Part shown: in pieces, positions 22,670 through 32,380 of the stretch
How positions within the stretch are numbered: the first letter of the stretch is position 1
Layout: every line of letters begins with the position of its first letter
Assembly: GCA_963663965.2 (NCBI GenBank)
Contig: CAXXFK010000028.1
Coordinates: forward strand, 224,001-288,000
Length of the DNA stretch: 64,000 bases
Origin: Sedimentisphaerales bacterium
Lineage (GTDB): Bacteria; Planctomycetota; Phycisphaerae; Sedimentisphaerales; SM23-30
Reading direction: 5' to 3'
Notes under the pieces: model-generated
What the model was told of the DNA's origin: nothing
Database searches by the model: none
Seen by the model: the letters and a program-made list of their open reading frames with translations, nothing else
Translations under genes and position numbers: made by a program

Positions 22670-22976
22670 ATTGTTCGAAACAGTCAGGAGTGGGTTATAA
22701 GTATTTCTTCCGGTCAGATGACTCAAGCTGATAAGCGTCATCGACAGAATGGCTTTTTAGTTGGATTAGAAAAATCATACGGGAATTTAGGCGTCTCCAT
22801 TCTCTCTGAAGATGTTTTAATGTGAATTGAAGCAGAAATCAACAGAACTGAATATCCTTGACCTGTCCGTGGACTTTTAGTAAAACAAGGTTAAGTGATT
22901 AGGTGAAATGGTGCTTTCCATACGTGAAGATAGAATTTCTAATGACATGATATTGCTGAGAATAACGGGTAAAGAA

Positions 22977-24617
22977 ATGAAAAAGTGTATTGTACTATTC
23001 TTTTGGGTTGGCATGGGAATCTCATCCATCCTTTTTGCTGAATCGGTCACCCTGGAAACATTGCTGGAAGAGATGGTTGATCGGGCGGAGCTGACCAGGA
23101 TGCCTGATCCGGGGTATCTGGCCAAAGCGGCAACCAGCTATGATCGGGCTTCACAGGTCAACAATCCTGCTGATGGGCTGTATATAGAGAAGCAGGGGCG
23201 TGACTGGGGCAAGGGTTGGTTTGCCAATCGTGACTTTGGTCAGTTTGTCAGGGTTGAAAAGAATGAAGGCCGTACTGAAAATGTTTTGATGGAGGATGAC
23301 GGACCGGGCGCGATCGTGCGCTGGTGGGCCACGGCTAATAACAACGGTATGATTCGGATTTATCTGGATGGCTCGAACCAACCCACCATTATGATGAAGC
23401 CCGCCGAACTCGTCGGTGGTGAGGGTCTGGTTTCCTATCCATTCTCATTAAGGGCATCGGATGATCAGACCAATCCTGCCTGGCGGGGGCACAACCTTTA
23501 TCTGCCCATCCCATACCAGAATGGTTGCAAAATAACCTGGGAAGGCGGAGGCTCCTATTATCAGATCGGCTATCGAAAGTATGCCCCCGGTACGCAGGTC
23601 AGGACATTTACCATGGAACAACTCAAGCAGGCCGAAGGTCTTATAAAGCAGGTTGCCGAAAAACTGACCAGCGGAAATCCTGCTGTTTCAGGTGAAGTGG
23701 TTCGTTGCGAAGAAACCCTGCTGGCGCCGGAAAAATCAGTTGCCATAACATTGAGTGGACCTAAAGCTATCACCCGATTGCTTATCCAGCTTCAGGCGGA
23801 GGATTACCAGCAGGCGTTACGATCAACCGTAGTCAGCATTGCATTTGATGACAAACAGACTGTCTGGATTCCGGTGGGTTCATTGGTGGGGGTCGGCTAT
23901 AGCGATGAAAAAAATGATACCTTTTATGTCAAAGCCAACAACGAAACGGGTACGCTTACAACTTACTATATCATGCCATTCCAGAAATCAGCGGTGGTGA
24001 CAGTGACCAATTATGGTGATCAACCGGTCTCGTTGAAGCGATTTGAGGCGACAGTAGATGATTACAACTGGGATGATCGCAGTCGGTATTTTAATGCCAC
24101 CTGGTTCGAGTTGCGTAATATCAGCACGATCAATCGAAGTGATCTGAATTACGTTACTGTCCTGGGCTCGGGGCGTTATGTGGGCACTTCCATAACCGTT
24201 TTCAATACCTGTACATTGCCCAATAATCAAACCTGGTGGGGGGAGGGGGATGACAAAGTTTATGTGAATGGCGAGCGTTTCCCTTCCATATTTGGTACCG
24301 GTACGGAAGATTACTTTGGGTACGCCTATTGCCGGCCCCAGCGGTTCTATACCCCCTTTAATTCTCAGCCACGGGGTGAAGGTAACAAGAAATGGGGCTA
24401 TTCGAACAACAATCGCTATCATCTGCTGGATGATATCCCATTTACCGAATCCATTCAATTTGATATGGAAATCTGGCATCCATTTCGAAAGAACATGAAT
24501 TATGCCGTCGCGACGTTCTTTTATGCAAACTTTGATGCGAACCAAAGCGTCATTCCCCATATCGCCTCGGTCAGACACAAAGTCGCCTTACATCGTGATG
24601 ATGTGCTGGATAAATAA
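22977..24617 (+). CDS. DUF2961 (GH172-like) glycoside hydrolase
   Basis: TSYDR, GPGAIVRWW, YLPIPY, WWGEGDDKVYVNGE, GTGTEDYFG. Confidence 0.9.
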   Translation: MKKCIVLFFWVGMGISSILFAESVTLETLLEEMVDRAELTRMPDPGYLAKAATSYDRASQVNNPADGLYIEKQGRDWGKGWFANRDFGQFVRVEKNEGRTENVLMEDDGPGAIVRWWATANNNGMIRIYLDGSNQPTIMMKPAELVGGEGLVSYPFSLRASDDQTNPAWRGHNLYLPIPYQNGCKITWEGGGSYYQIGYRKYAPGTQVRTFTMEQLKQAEGLIKQVAEKLTSGNPAVSGEVVRCEETLLAPEKSVAITLSGPKAITRLLIQLQAEDYQQALRSTVVSIAFDDKQTVWIPVGSLVGVGYSDEKNDTFYVKANNETGTLTTYYIMPFQKSAVVTVTNYGDQPVSLKRFEATVDDYNWDDRSRYFNATWFELRNISTINRSDLNYVTVLGSGRYVGTSITVFNTCTLPNNQTWWGEGDDKVYVNGERFPSIFGTGTEDYFGYAYCRPQRFYTPFNSQPRGEGNKKWGYSNNNRYHLLDDIPFTESIQFDMEIWHPFRKNMNYAVATFFYANFDANQSVIPHIASVRHKVALHRDDVLDK

Positions 24618-24845
24618 GCGGGCATAACCGCTTGATATAAATACTGAATGACATTATCTGTTGATATAATCAACTAGGTCAGAGGTATTCTTTTTAAGGC
24701 TACTGCTTATTTGAAATTCATGCAAGAAACTACCTGTCCGGTACGTATATTTATGGAATTGAAAGGGAAACGGAGCTTGATGTATAACTTATTTTTCTCT
24801 GCAAAGGTGTATATTAAAAAATATCGATGATGTCAGGATAAATTT

Positions 24846-27800
24846 ATGTTTAGTCACTATTTCAATGGAAGTTTCCAGTTTATTCAGCACTGTTATTGTA
24901 AGAAGTTATTCCTGATGATGCTATGCATGATTGTCGGCTCAGGAATATCAGTAGCGCAAGGGACTGAATGGGCCGATGATTTCTCCTCGTACGCGGATGG
25001 CTCAGCGGGCGATCCGCGCTGGCTGGCTGGATCGATCGATTGGGAGATGAAGCAGGGCGGATACCAGTGTGGCGGATTAATCGATTCCTTCAGTATGGCC
25101 GATGGAAGTTCAAACTACCGGGAACTGGAGATCGAAGCGGTCGTTACGGTGCTTGAGCCTGCCCAACAAGATACCTGGCGGATAGCCGGCGTGGCCATTT
25201 ATAATAATGCGCAGGATTTCTGGCATTTTGCCCTGGTGGAGTCGCCCTCTGACAAAAATAAACGGCATTTTCTGGAACTGTCGGAAAAACGGGGGAATAT
25301 CTGGCTGGCTCAGAACAATCTTACTGTAACCACATCGGAACACATGGATTATAATTGGCAATATGATCAGCCCTATCGTTTACGGGTGAAGATGACACCG
25401 GCGGGGATAGAAGGACGCCTGTCCGACTTGAACGGGAAACTATTGGCCCGGCAGGCCTATGCTTTTAACGATAGCGCCGTGACTTCCGGGCGGCCGGCTT
25501 TGCGTGGCAATGCGCTGAAGATAAGCTTTGATGATGTCAAGGTGAATGGCGATGCACCTGTGCCGCTACGTGAAAAACCGGTTTTGCCGGCGTTTGCGAT
25601 TAAAACCTGGGATGGGATCCAGCGGCCGCCCACCGGATTTTTTCATGTGGAAAAAGTGGGAGCTCGGTGGTGGTGTATCGCTCCGGATGGCCGGGGATTT
25701 TATGCAGTCGGGACGGATCATTGTAATTTTAACGGCCATTGGTGTGAACAGCTGGGATATGCGCCCTATGGTCGTAATAATCGACAAACCTATGCTTCCG
25801 CAGACAGATGGTCCGAACAGACAGCCGAACGATTGAAAGACTGGGGTTTCAACCTGGTGGCCGCCGGTCATAGTGAGGAGCTGCGATACCGGGGATTGGC
25901 GCATACCTTGTGGCTGGGGGTGGGCGCTGAGTTTTCGGCGATCAGCGATATCGTGCCCAAAGTCCATTGGACCGGACTGCCTAACGTTTTCGATCCGCGC
26001 TTCGCCGCTTTTTGCAAGATTAAGGCGCGGCAGAAGCTGGCTGATCATGTGGATGATCCCTGGGTATTTGGGATCTTCATCGACAATGAACTGGAGTGGT
26101 ATGGTAAAAACTATAGTCTGGGCGGGGTCTTCGATGAAGCGATGAAAAAAGATGCGGATCATACCGCAAAAATCGCATTGGTTGACATGCTGCGATCCAG
26201 ATATACCAACATCCAGCGTCTGAATAAGAGCTGGGGAACCGGTTTTGCCGATTTCGATGCGATTTTACCGGCCAGTCATATTGACGCTCCCGCACTGGAT
26301 AACGAACTGGCGGCTGACAAACTGGCCTATCTGGCGCTGGTCGCGGAAAAGTATTTTGCGATTACTACCGCGGCCATTCGAGAAATCGATTCCCATCATA
26401 TGATTCTCGGCAGTCGCTTTGCCGGTAACGCGCCCGAGCCGTGCTGGCATGCCGCCGGCAGGCATTGCGATATTGTCTCGGTCAACCAATATCCCTTTAT
26501 CGATCTGGAGACCGGCCGGTTGCCTCAGGCGGTCAGTGATCTGGTGAAATTTTCGCAATGGACCCATCGGCCGCTCATGTTGACGGAATGGTCGTTCCCT
26601 GCCCTGGATAGCGGGTTGCCTTGCAGGCATGGGGCGGGAATGCGGGTTCAGACCCAGCAGCAGCGCAGCCAGGCATTTACCATCTATCAATCCACCCTGT
26701 TTGGCCTGCCGTTTATGGTCGGATCCGATTTTTTCATGTGGGTGGATGAGCCGGCGCTGGGAATCAGTTCAACCTTTCCGGAGGACAGCAATTATGGTCT
26801 GGTTAATGAAGAGGACCGGCCTTATGCCGAGCTGACCCAAGCGGCTTCTCAATTAAATCCGAAAGTATATGAAATCCATCAAAAAGCTGCGGATCCGGAT
26901 CTGGCGGATAGTTCTGTTACCCCCATTTCATATCAACCTGGAATTGCCTGGCCCGCCAATCTCCCCGCGCGAGCTTTTCGTTATCCCATAATAGTTTCCA
27001 ACCATACGAATCGGGAAGTTACCAGCGGCATTGTCAGTTTTACCCTGGATGAAGTGGATGCCGATTTGGACTGGTCGGGTATCGCGGCAGACTCACTTTG
27101 TCTTAAAGATGCCCAAGATCAGGATGTGCTCTGGCAGTTGGATCGCTTTGGCGATCGATTAGACCGGTATGATGAAATCTGTTTTGAGGTATCTCATCTG
27201 AAAGCCCAAAAGAGCCGTCCGTATTATTTGTATATCCATCGAGCTTCCAATCTGACCAGAACGCAAGCGGCGGTAAATTGCCGGGAATTTGAGAACGGCT
27301 TTGAAATCGCCAATAACATGATCCGGCTGGTAAAGAATGAGCCGGATGGCGATTTTGTGGATGCGTGCTATTACCAGGGTATGTTGTTAGGCCGCTATAA
27401 TCCGATGGTACATCAGAACCAGGGCCAGAACTTCTGGACGCATGCCAGTCAGTTTATCGATTGCCAGATCAGCCGGGGGCCGCTGCGCGTGTTGGTTCAT
27501 CTTCGCGCGCAGGGAGGAGATGAAAGCACCATCGGTTCCATCAAAGGATTATCGGATAAACCATTGGCATTTCAGATAGAGCACCGGCTGGCCGTCTATC
27601 CGGATATGCCGTGGTTCGATGCCCGCTTTGTTCGTCTTACCAACCAGTCCGGTGCTGAAATGAAATTATGCGACGGCTTCTTTTACATTGTGCCCTCAAT
27701 TAATGGCGATACGAATGATGATACCTTAATTCCTGAGGCGCCGAATTATTATCTCAGGAACTTTAATCTATGGCGGGACCCGACCGGTTATGAATATGGA

Positions 27801-28064
27801 GCGCTGGCATTGGGAGATACCAGTTTGAAGGTTCAGTTCTATATCAACCCACAGGGAGGCAAGCATCCAGACGCCATGCTGCGTTTTGATCCGCCGATGA
27901 TAATTGTCCCCTTGCAAAATTATAAACAATTTGACAGCCCGCCGCTTCATATTATTGGCTATCGCGAAGAGGATCCAAAAACAATATTACCCCAGCCACT
28001 CATGGATACAATCAAGCAGAAATATGCAGCGCAGGTTCAGTTTTTCGAAGCTGAAAAAAGGTGA
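24846..28064 (+). CDS. Multidomain GH50/beta-agarase-like glycoside hydrolase
   Basis: TGFFHVEK..RWW...PDG, RLKDWGFN, FIDNELEW, HMILGSRF, LTEWSF, EDSNYGLV. Confidence 0.8.
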   Translation: MFSHYFNGSFQFIQHCYCKKLFLMMLCMIVGSGISVAQGTEWADDFSSYADGSAGDPRWLAGSIDWEMKQGGYQCGGLIDSFSMADGSSNYRELEIEAVVTVLEPAQQDTWRIAGVAIYNNAQDFWHFALVESPSDKNKRHFLELSEKRGNIWLAQNNLTVTTSEHMDYNWQYDQPYRLRVKMTPAGIEGRLSDLNGKLLARQAYAFNDSAVTSGRPALRGNALKISFDDVKVNGDAPVPLREKPVLPAFAIKTWDGIQRPPTGFFHVEKVGARWWCIAPDGRGFYAVGTDHCNFNGHWCEQLGYAPYGRNNRQTYASADRWSEQTAERLKDWGFNLVAAGHSEELRYRGLAHTLWLGVGAEFSAISDIVPKVHWTGLPNVFDPRFAAFCKIKARQKLADHVDDPWVFGIFIDNELEWYGKNYSLGGVFDEAMKKDADHTAKIALVDMLRSRYTNIQRLNKSWGTGFADFDAILPASHIDAPALDNELAADKLAYLALVAEKYFAITTAAIREIDSHHMILGSRFAGNAPEPCWHAAGRHCDIVSVNQYPFIDLETGRLPQAVSDLVKFSQWTHRPLMLTEWSFPALDSGLPCRHGAGMRVQTQQQRSQAFTIYQSTLFGLPFMVGSDFFMWVDEPALGISSTFPEDSNYGLVNEEDRPYAELTQAASQLNPKVYEIHQKAADPDLADSSVTPISYQPGIAWPANLPARAFRYPIIVSNHTNREVTSGIVSFTLDEVDADLDWSGIAADSLCLKDAQDQDVLWQLDRFGDRLDRYDEICFEVSHLKAQKSRPYYLYIHRASNLTRTQAAVNCREFENGFEIANNMIRLVKNEPDGDFVDACYYQGMLLGRYNPMVHQNQGQNFWTHASQFIDCQISRGPLRVLVHLRAQGGDESTIGSIKGLSDKPLAFQIEHRLAVYPDMPWFDARFVRLTNQSGAEMKLCDGFFYIVPSINGDTNDDTLIPEAPNYYLRNFNLWRDPTGYEYGALALGDTSLKVQFYINPQGGKHPDAMLRFDPPMIIVPLQNYKQFDSPPLHIIGYREEDPKTILPQPLMDTIKQKYAAQVQFFEAEKR

Positions 28065-28118
28065 CAAGAAAAAATTGTAATTCTGTTGAAATGATAAAGG
28101 ATTAAATATCAATCAAGG

Positions 28119-29465
28119 TTACTCTGGAACCACTTTCTGGGTTTCAAGTGTTTTTTTGCCAGAATCGAAATCTTTGGTAATGGTCGCCTGATCGTAAAGG
28201 TTGCCATCGGCAGTATAAGCCCGATAGGTCAATTGATTATCGACGACATCGATCACCTGAAAAAATTGTTTCTGGACATCGGTCTGGTCCGGTTCGTATC
28301 CATCCACTTGATAGCTTTCAAGTTGTTCCGGCGAAAGTTCATACATCTTCGTTCCGCTGACCGAAGTGACATACATGGTTTGAAATGAATCTCCGTAGTT
28401 GCCGTCGGCCGAGCGCAGCGGCACATGGCCGCGGGCATAGGTGTGGTCGTGCCCCTGAAGCACCAGATCCACCCCGTATTGATCCAGCAGCGGTTTCCAT
28501 GCCTTGCGGGCGTAAGGAAAGTCTCGATCTTTGGCCGGGGAGAAAATGGAATAATGGCAGGTGACCACCTTCCACCTGGCGCCGGGACGCTTCAGTTGCT
28601 GTTCCAGATAGATGGTCTGGGTTTCGGTCTCCAACATGGAATTGAGTACAATAACGCGCAGTCCCTGGTAGTCAACCGTATAGACGGTTTCCTGGAGATC
28701 TTCAGGCAGCGTTGGCGCCGGCGGCAGGGTAAATTGAGGACGCCACAATAATGAGATTGCCTTTTTTGGTAATAAACCCAGACTGGCAATTTCATGATTG
28801 CCAAGCACTGGAATGCCGGTCCACTGGGCATGGATCCAGCCGCCCGCTTTGAACCACTGGGCCCATTCCTGGTCTCGATGCGCGTGATTTATCAGGTCGC
28901 CGGCGTGAATAGCAAAGGCGGCGTTGGGCGCTTTTTGATAAGCCATCCGGATAACGCGCGACCAATGGCTCAGGAGGTCATTCTGGGCGTCGCCAAAATA
29001 CACAAAACGGAATGGTTCCGGCTGGTCGGCGGCGGTTTTGAACTGGATCCATTCCGACCAGTATTCCTCGCCATCACCCACCCGATAAGCATATAAGGTG
29101 TCCGGTTTCAAATCATTAAAAATAGCAGAGTGGTAATTGACCTTGCCCTGGATGTTGCCGGTCGCTTTGTTCAGATCAATGGTTTCCGTATGGGCCTTGA
29201 CCGTGTCGGCGGATCGATCAAATTTGGGATTGGGCGTTGATCTGGTGATCTGGGCCACTGACTGAGAAATACTGGTGTCTGTCCGCCATGTTACCGCGCG
29301 CGATGTGGAAGCATCGCCGTAAAATGATAAAAAAATACGGTCAGGGTCGGGACTGGCAGCCTCCCAGTGGCGCAGGTGCTCGTTAGATTCATGGCCCAGG
29401 GCCAGTGACGCACAAAGGAGTATCCATAACTTGATGGATAGGAGTCTGACAATATGGCTATTCAT
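28119..29465 (-). CDS. Purple acid phosphatase-like metallophosphoesterase with FN3 domain
   Basis: GDAQ, AGDL, GNHE, GHDHTYAR; LKPDTLYAYRVG. Confidence 0.9.
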   Translation of the reverse strand: MNSHIVRLLSIKLWILLCASLALGHESNEHLRHWEAASPDPDRIFLSFYGDASTSRAVTWRTDTSISQSVAQITRSTPNPKFDRSADTVKAHTETIDLNKATGNIQGKVNYHSAIFNDLKPDTLYAYRVGDGEEYWSEWIQFKTAADQPEPFRFVYFGDAQNDLLSHWSRVIRMAYQKAPNAAFAIHAGDLINHAHRDQEWAQWFKAGGWIHAQWTGIPVLGNHEIASLGLLPKKAISLLWRPQFTLPPAPTLPEDLQETVYTVDYQGLRVIVLNSMLETETQTIYLEQQLKRPGARWKVVTCHYSIFSPAKDRDFPYARKAWKPLLDQYGVDLVLQGHDHTYARGHVPLRSADGNYGDSFQTMYVTSVSGTKMYELSPEQLESYQVDGYEPDQTDVQKQFFQVIDVVDNQLTYRAYTADGNLYDQATITKDFDSGKKTLETQKVVPE

Positions 29466-29663
29466 GATGTTGTATCCTGATTTTTCTTGATAACAAGAGC
29501 ATAAATATTAAATGATATGCATAAAATAACGTATCGGCAGGGAAAAAATTGCTCAATAACCAAAATGTGCAGCTATTCACTTATGGCTTGGCAGTTTATC
29601 TAAAATATCCGTGACCATTTTTTATAAAAAAATCCAGTAATCAGACAATTGGAAGTTTAAAAC

Positions 29664-30810
29664 TCAGGATTTTAAATGCTTGCGAAAGTCACCGGGACTG
29701 ACTCGGTGATACCTGCGGAAAGCCACGAAAAGATTATTGTCACTGGCAAAACCGGTTCTGGCGGCTATGCCGGCGACTGATAATCTGGTATCCTTCAATA
29801 ATTCAGTCACTTTTTCCATTCGTACTCGCATGATTTCCTGGTGAATCGTTCGATGCAAGGTTCTCTGAAATGCTTTGCGCAGGCCTCTGGAGGTGAGTGT
29901 GGTTTGCGAGGCCACCTGTTCGACAGAGAGGGTTCTATCAGCAAAATGGCTCCAGATATAACGCAGTGCCTTGGCAACCTCAACATGATCCAGGGCAAGA
30001 ATGTCGGTGCTCAGGCGGGTGACGATTCCTCCGAAGCGAACACGAGTCAACGTTTCAGGCGGGTTTGTGCCCATCCATCAATCGATCCAGCAATGCCGCT
30101 CCTTCATAGGCCAGTACTTCCAGATCATACTGGATACTGGATAACGCGATGGGAACCGATTCACATACGATCTGATCATTATCAACTCCCAGGACCGCTA
30201 CCTGCTCCGGAACCAGTAATCCCGCTTCCAGGCAGGCGTCGATGACCTCAACGCCGACTCCGTCATTATAGGCAAAAACCGCAAACGGTTTGGGCACCTG
30301 TTGCAGCGCCTTGATCAGTTTTCTTCTCCGGGTTATCCAGTTTACTCGATTAGAACGATCATTTGACATCATTTCTGTCGGCAGTGAACAGCAACCAAAA
30401 CCGGCATTCTTTAGCGTTTCAATAAAGCCGCCCAGGCGCTCATGGTCCGGCACATCATCCGCAAAAGGCGCTACCGCGAAATTCTTAAAATACCGCTCCA
30501 GGAAATACTCCGCCGCCATCCGGCCGATTCCATGGTTATCGCTGGCCACTTTGGGCACATCCAGATCATCCCTGAGCAAAGATAGTTCCACCCTGGGAAG
30601 CCGCGCCTGCCTGATGAAATCCGCCAGATCATCCCGAAAACCACAAAATGAGATAATCCCGTCGCCTTGCCAGCCATAGGGTATTTTTCCAGTGTAGGCC
30701 ATGAAGGTGTTCAAGTGCCAGTCGTGTTCACCGGCATATCTGGAAATGCCGCGAAAAAAGCCATGGTGAGTGGAAGCCAGCGCCATCAAGACAGATTTTC
30801 TTTTTTGCAT
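29664..30810 (-). pseudogene. XylR-type regulator (periplasmic-binding-like domain plus AraC HTH), split by a +1 frameshift
   Basis: VPEQVAVLGVDND in ORF 30055..30810; IVTRLSTD...IAARTGF...FR in ORF 29664..30074; junction CAC AAA CCC GCC TGA near 30060. Confidence 0.85.
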
Positions 30811-31066
30811 AAGTAGGTTATATTATGGCCTAAAGTTCCGAAAATTCAATAAATTATTACCAAAAATGAAGCTATTAAGACACTTTGTTTTGATTATAAT
30901 CGCAATCAATCTGTCCAGAAGTGTTTGAATGAAGACGCCAGCGTCAAAAGTCTTTTGGCGTGTTGTTTTTGAGTGATCAACGCCGTTTTTGTTCGCAATT
31001 TCTGACTTTTGTCGTGAACATCAATGAATAGTTATTTAATCGTTTCGTATCAGGGAGCCGGCCATT

Positions 31067-32362
31067 ATGCTGCATGATCCCAGTCACCATACGCCGCCAC
31101 CGGTAGCGGCTGAAATCAAATTGTCTGGTAAGGATGCCGGCATTCTGCGCCGTTTGGCCGGAGAGGTAGCGGAGATTGCCATGCTCCCCGTGCATCAGGA
31201 AAAAGCCTGCCTCTGGGCCAGGCTCAATGCATTACAATCGGAACGGCCGATGGTCTGGATCAATGAGATATGCTGGAACGAGATGAATGTTGATGATGAG
31301 TTAACCCTGCAATGTGAGCATTACTGGGCGCGGGATCAGGAAGACCAACTTCGAAAAACGATCTACCAATGGCAACACTTGCCGGGGGATATGGTGGTCA
31401 GTGATTTTCTGGTCTGTCCTCTGGCAATTCACAGTACGGATTTTGGGATCATTGAAGATGTGGATATTGTCAGGACGGATGAATCCAGCGATGTGGTATC
31501 CCGTCATTTCAATATCCAGATCAAAGAGATGGAAGACATCGACAAGATCAAATTGCCCCGGATCAGCCATAATGAACAGGCCACTGAATTCTGCTATCAG
31601 GCCATGCGCAAGGTATATGATGGTATTCTGCCGGTCAGGAAACAGGGTCAGACCCATATCTGGTTTACTCCGTGGGATTATCTGATTCGCTGGTGGGGTA
31701 TTCAGGAAGCGATGATCGATATGATCATGCGGCCGGAGATGGTCCATGCCGCAGTGGAGAAGATGGTCGATGCCTGGATGACCGAACTGGATCAGTTTGA
31801 AGCAATGAATCTGCTGTCTCTGGATAACAACAATACGCGGGTTGGTTCCGGGGGATATGGCTATACCGACGAGCTTCCCGGCGATGAGTTCGATCCGGAA
31901 CATATCAAAGCGCATAATATGTGGGGCTGTTCCAATGCCCAGATTTTTTCGGAAGTCTCGCCGGAGATGCACTGGGAATTTGCTGTCAAGCACGACCTGC
32001 GCTGGCTGAAGCGGTTTGGTCTGACCTATTATGGCTGCTGTGAACCGCTCGATAAAAAAATGGACCTTATGCGTAAAATTCCGAATCTCCGAAAGATCTC
32101 GACCAGTCCCTGGTGCGATCTGGATCGGATGATCGGTGAGATCGGCAGCGATTATGTGATCAGCCGCAAGCCCAATCCGGCGATTCTGGCTGAAACCAGC
32201 TGGGATCCGGACAGGGCCCGGGCGGATATCCGGGAAGTCCTTGATCGGGCAGAGGGCAATTGCCATATTGAATTTATCATGAAAGATATCTCAACGGTAC
32301 GGTATGATCCCAAACGGCTTTGGGATTGGGCCCGGATCGCGATGGAAGAAGTCACCCAATAA
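31067..32362 (+). CDS. Uroporphyrinogen decarboxylase / cobalamin-dependent methyltransferase-like (UroD/MtaA fold) protein
   Basis: SEVSPEMHWEF, YYGCCEPL, LRKISTSPW, IMKDISTV motifs. Confidence 0.75.
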   Translation: MLHDPSHHTPPPVAAEIKLSGKDAGILRRLAGEVAEIAMLPVHQEKACLWARLNALQSERPMVWINEICWNEMNVDDELTLQCEHYWARDQEDQLRKTIYQWQHLPGDMVVSDFLVCPLAIHSTDFGIIEDVDIVRTDESSDVVSRHFNIQIKEMEDIDKIKLPRISHNEQATEFCYQAMRKVYDGILPVRKQGQTHIWFTPWDYLIRWWGIQEAMIDMIMRPEMVHAAVEKMVDAWMTELDQFEAMNLLSLDNNNTRVGSGGYGYTDELPGDEFDPEHIKAHNMWGCSNAQIFSEVSPEMHWEFAVKHDLRWLKRFGLTYYGCCEPLDKKMDLMRKIPNLRKISTSPWCDLDRMIGEIGSDYVISRKPNPAILAETSWDPDRARADIREVLDRAEGNCHIEFIMKDISTVRYDPKRLWDWARIAMEEVTQ

Positions 32363-32380
32363 TAAACGGAGATACAGACC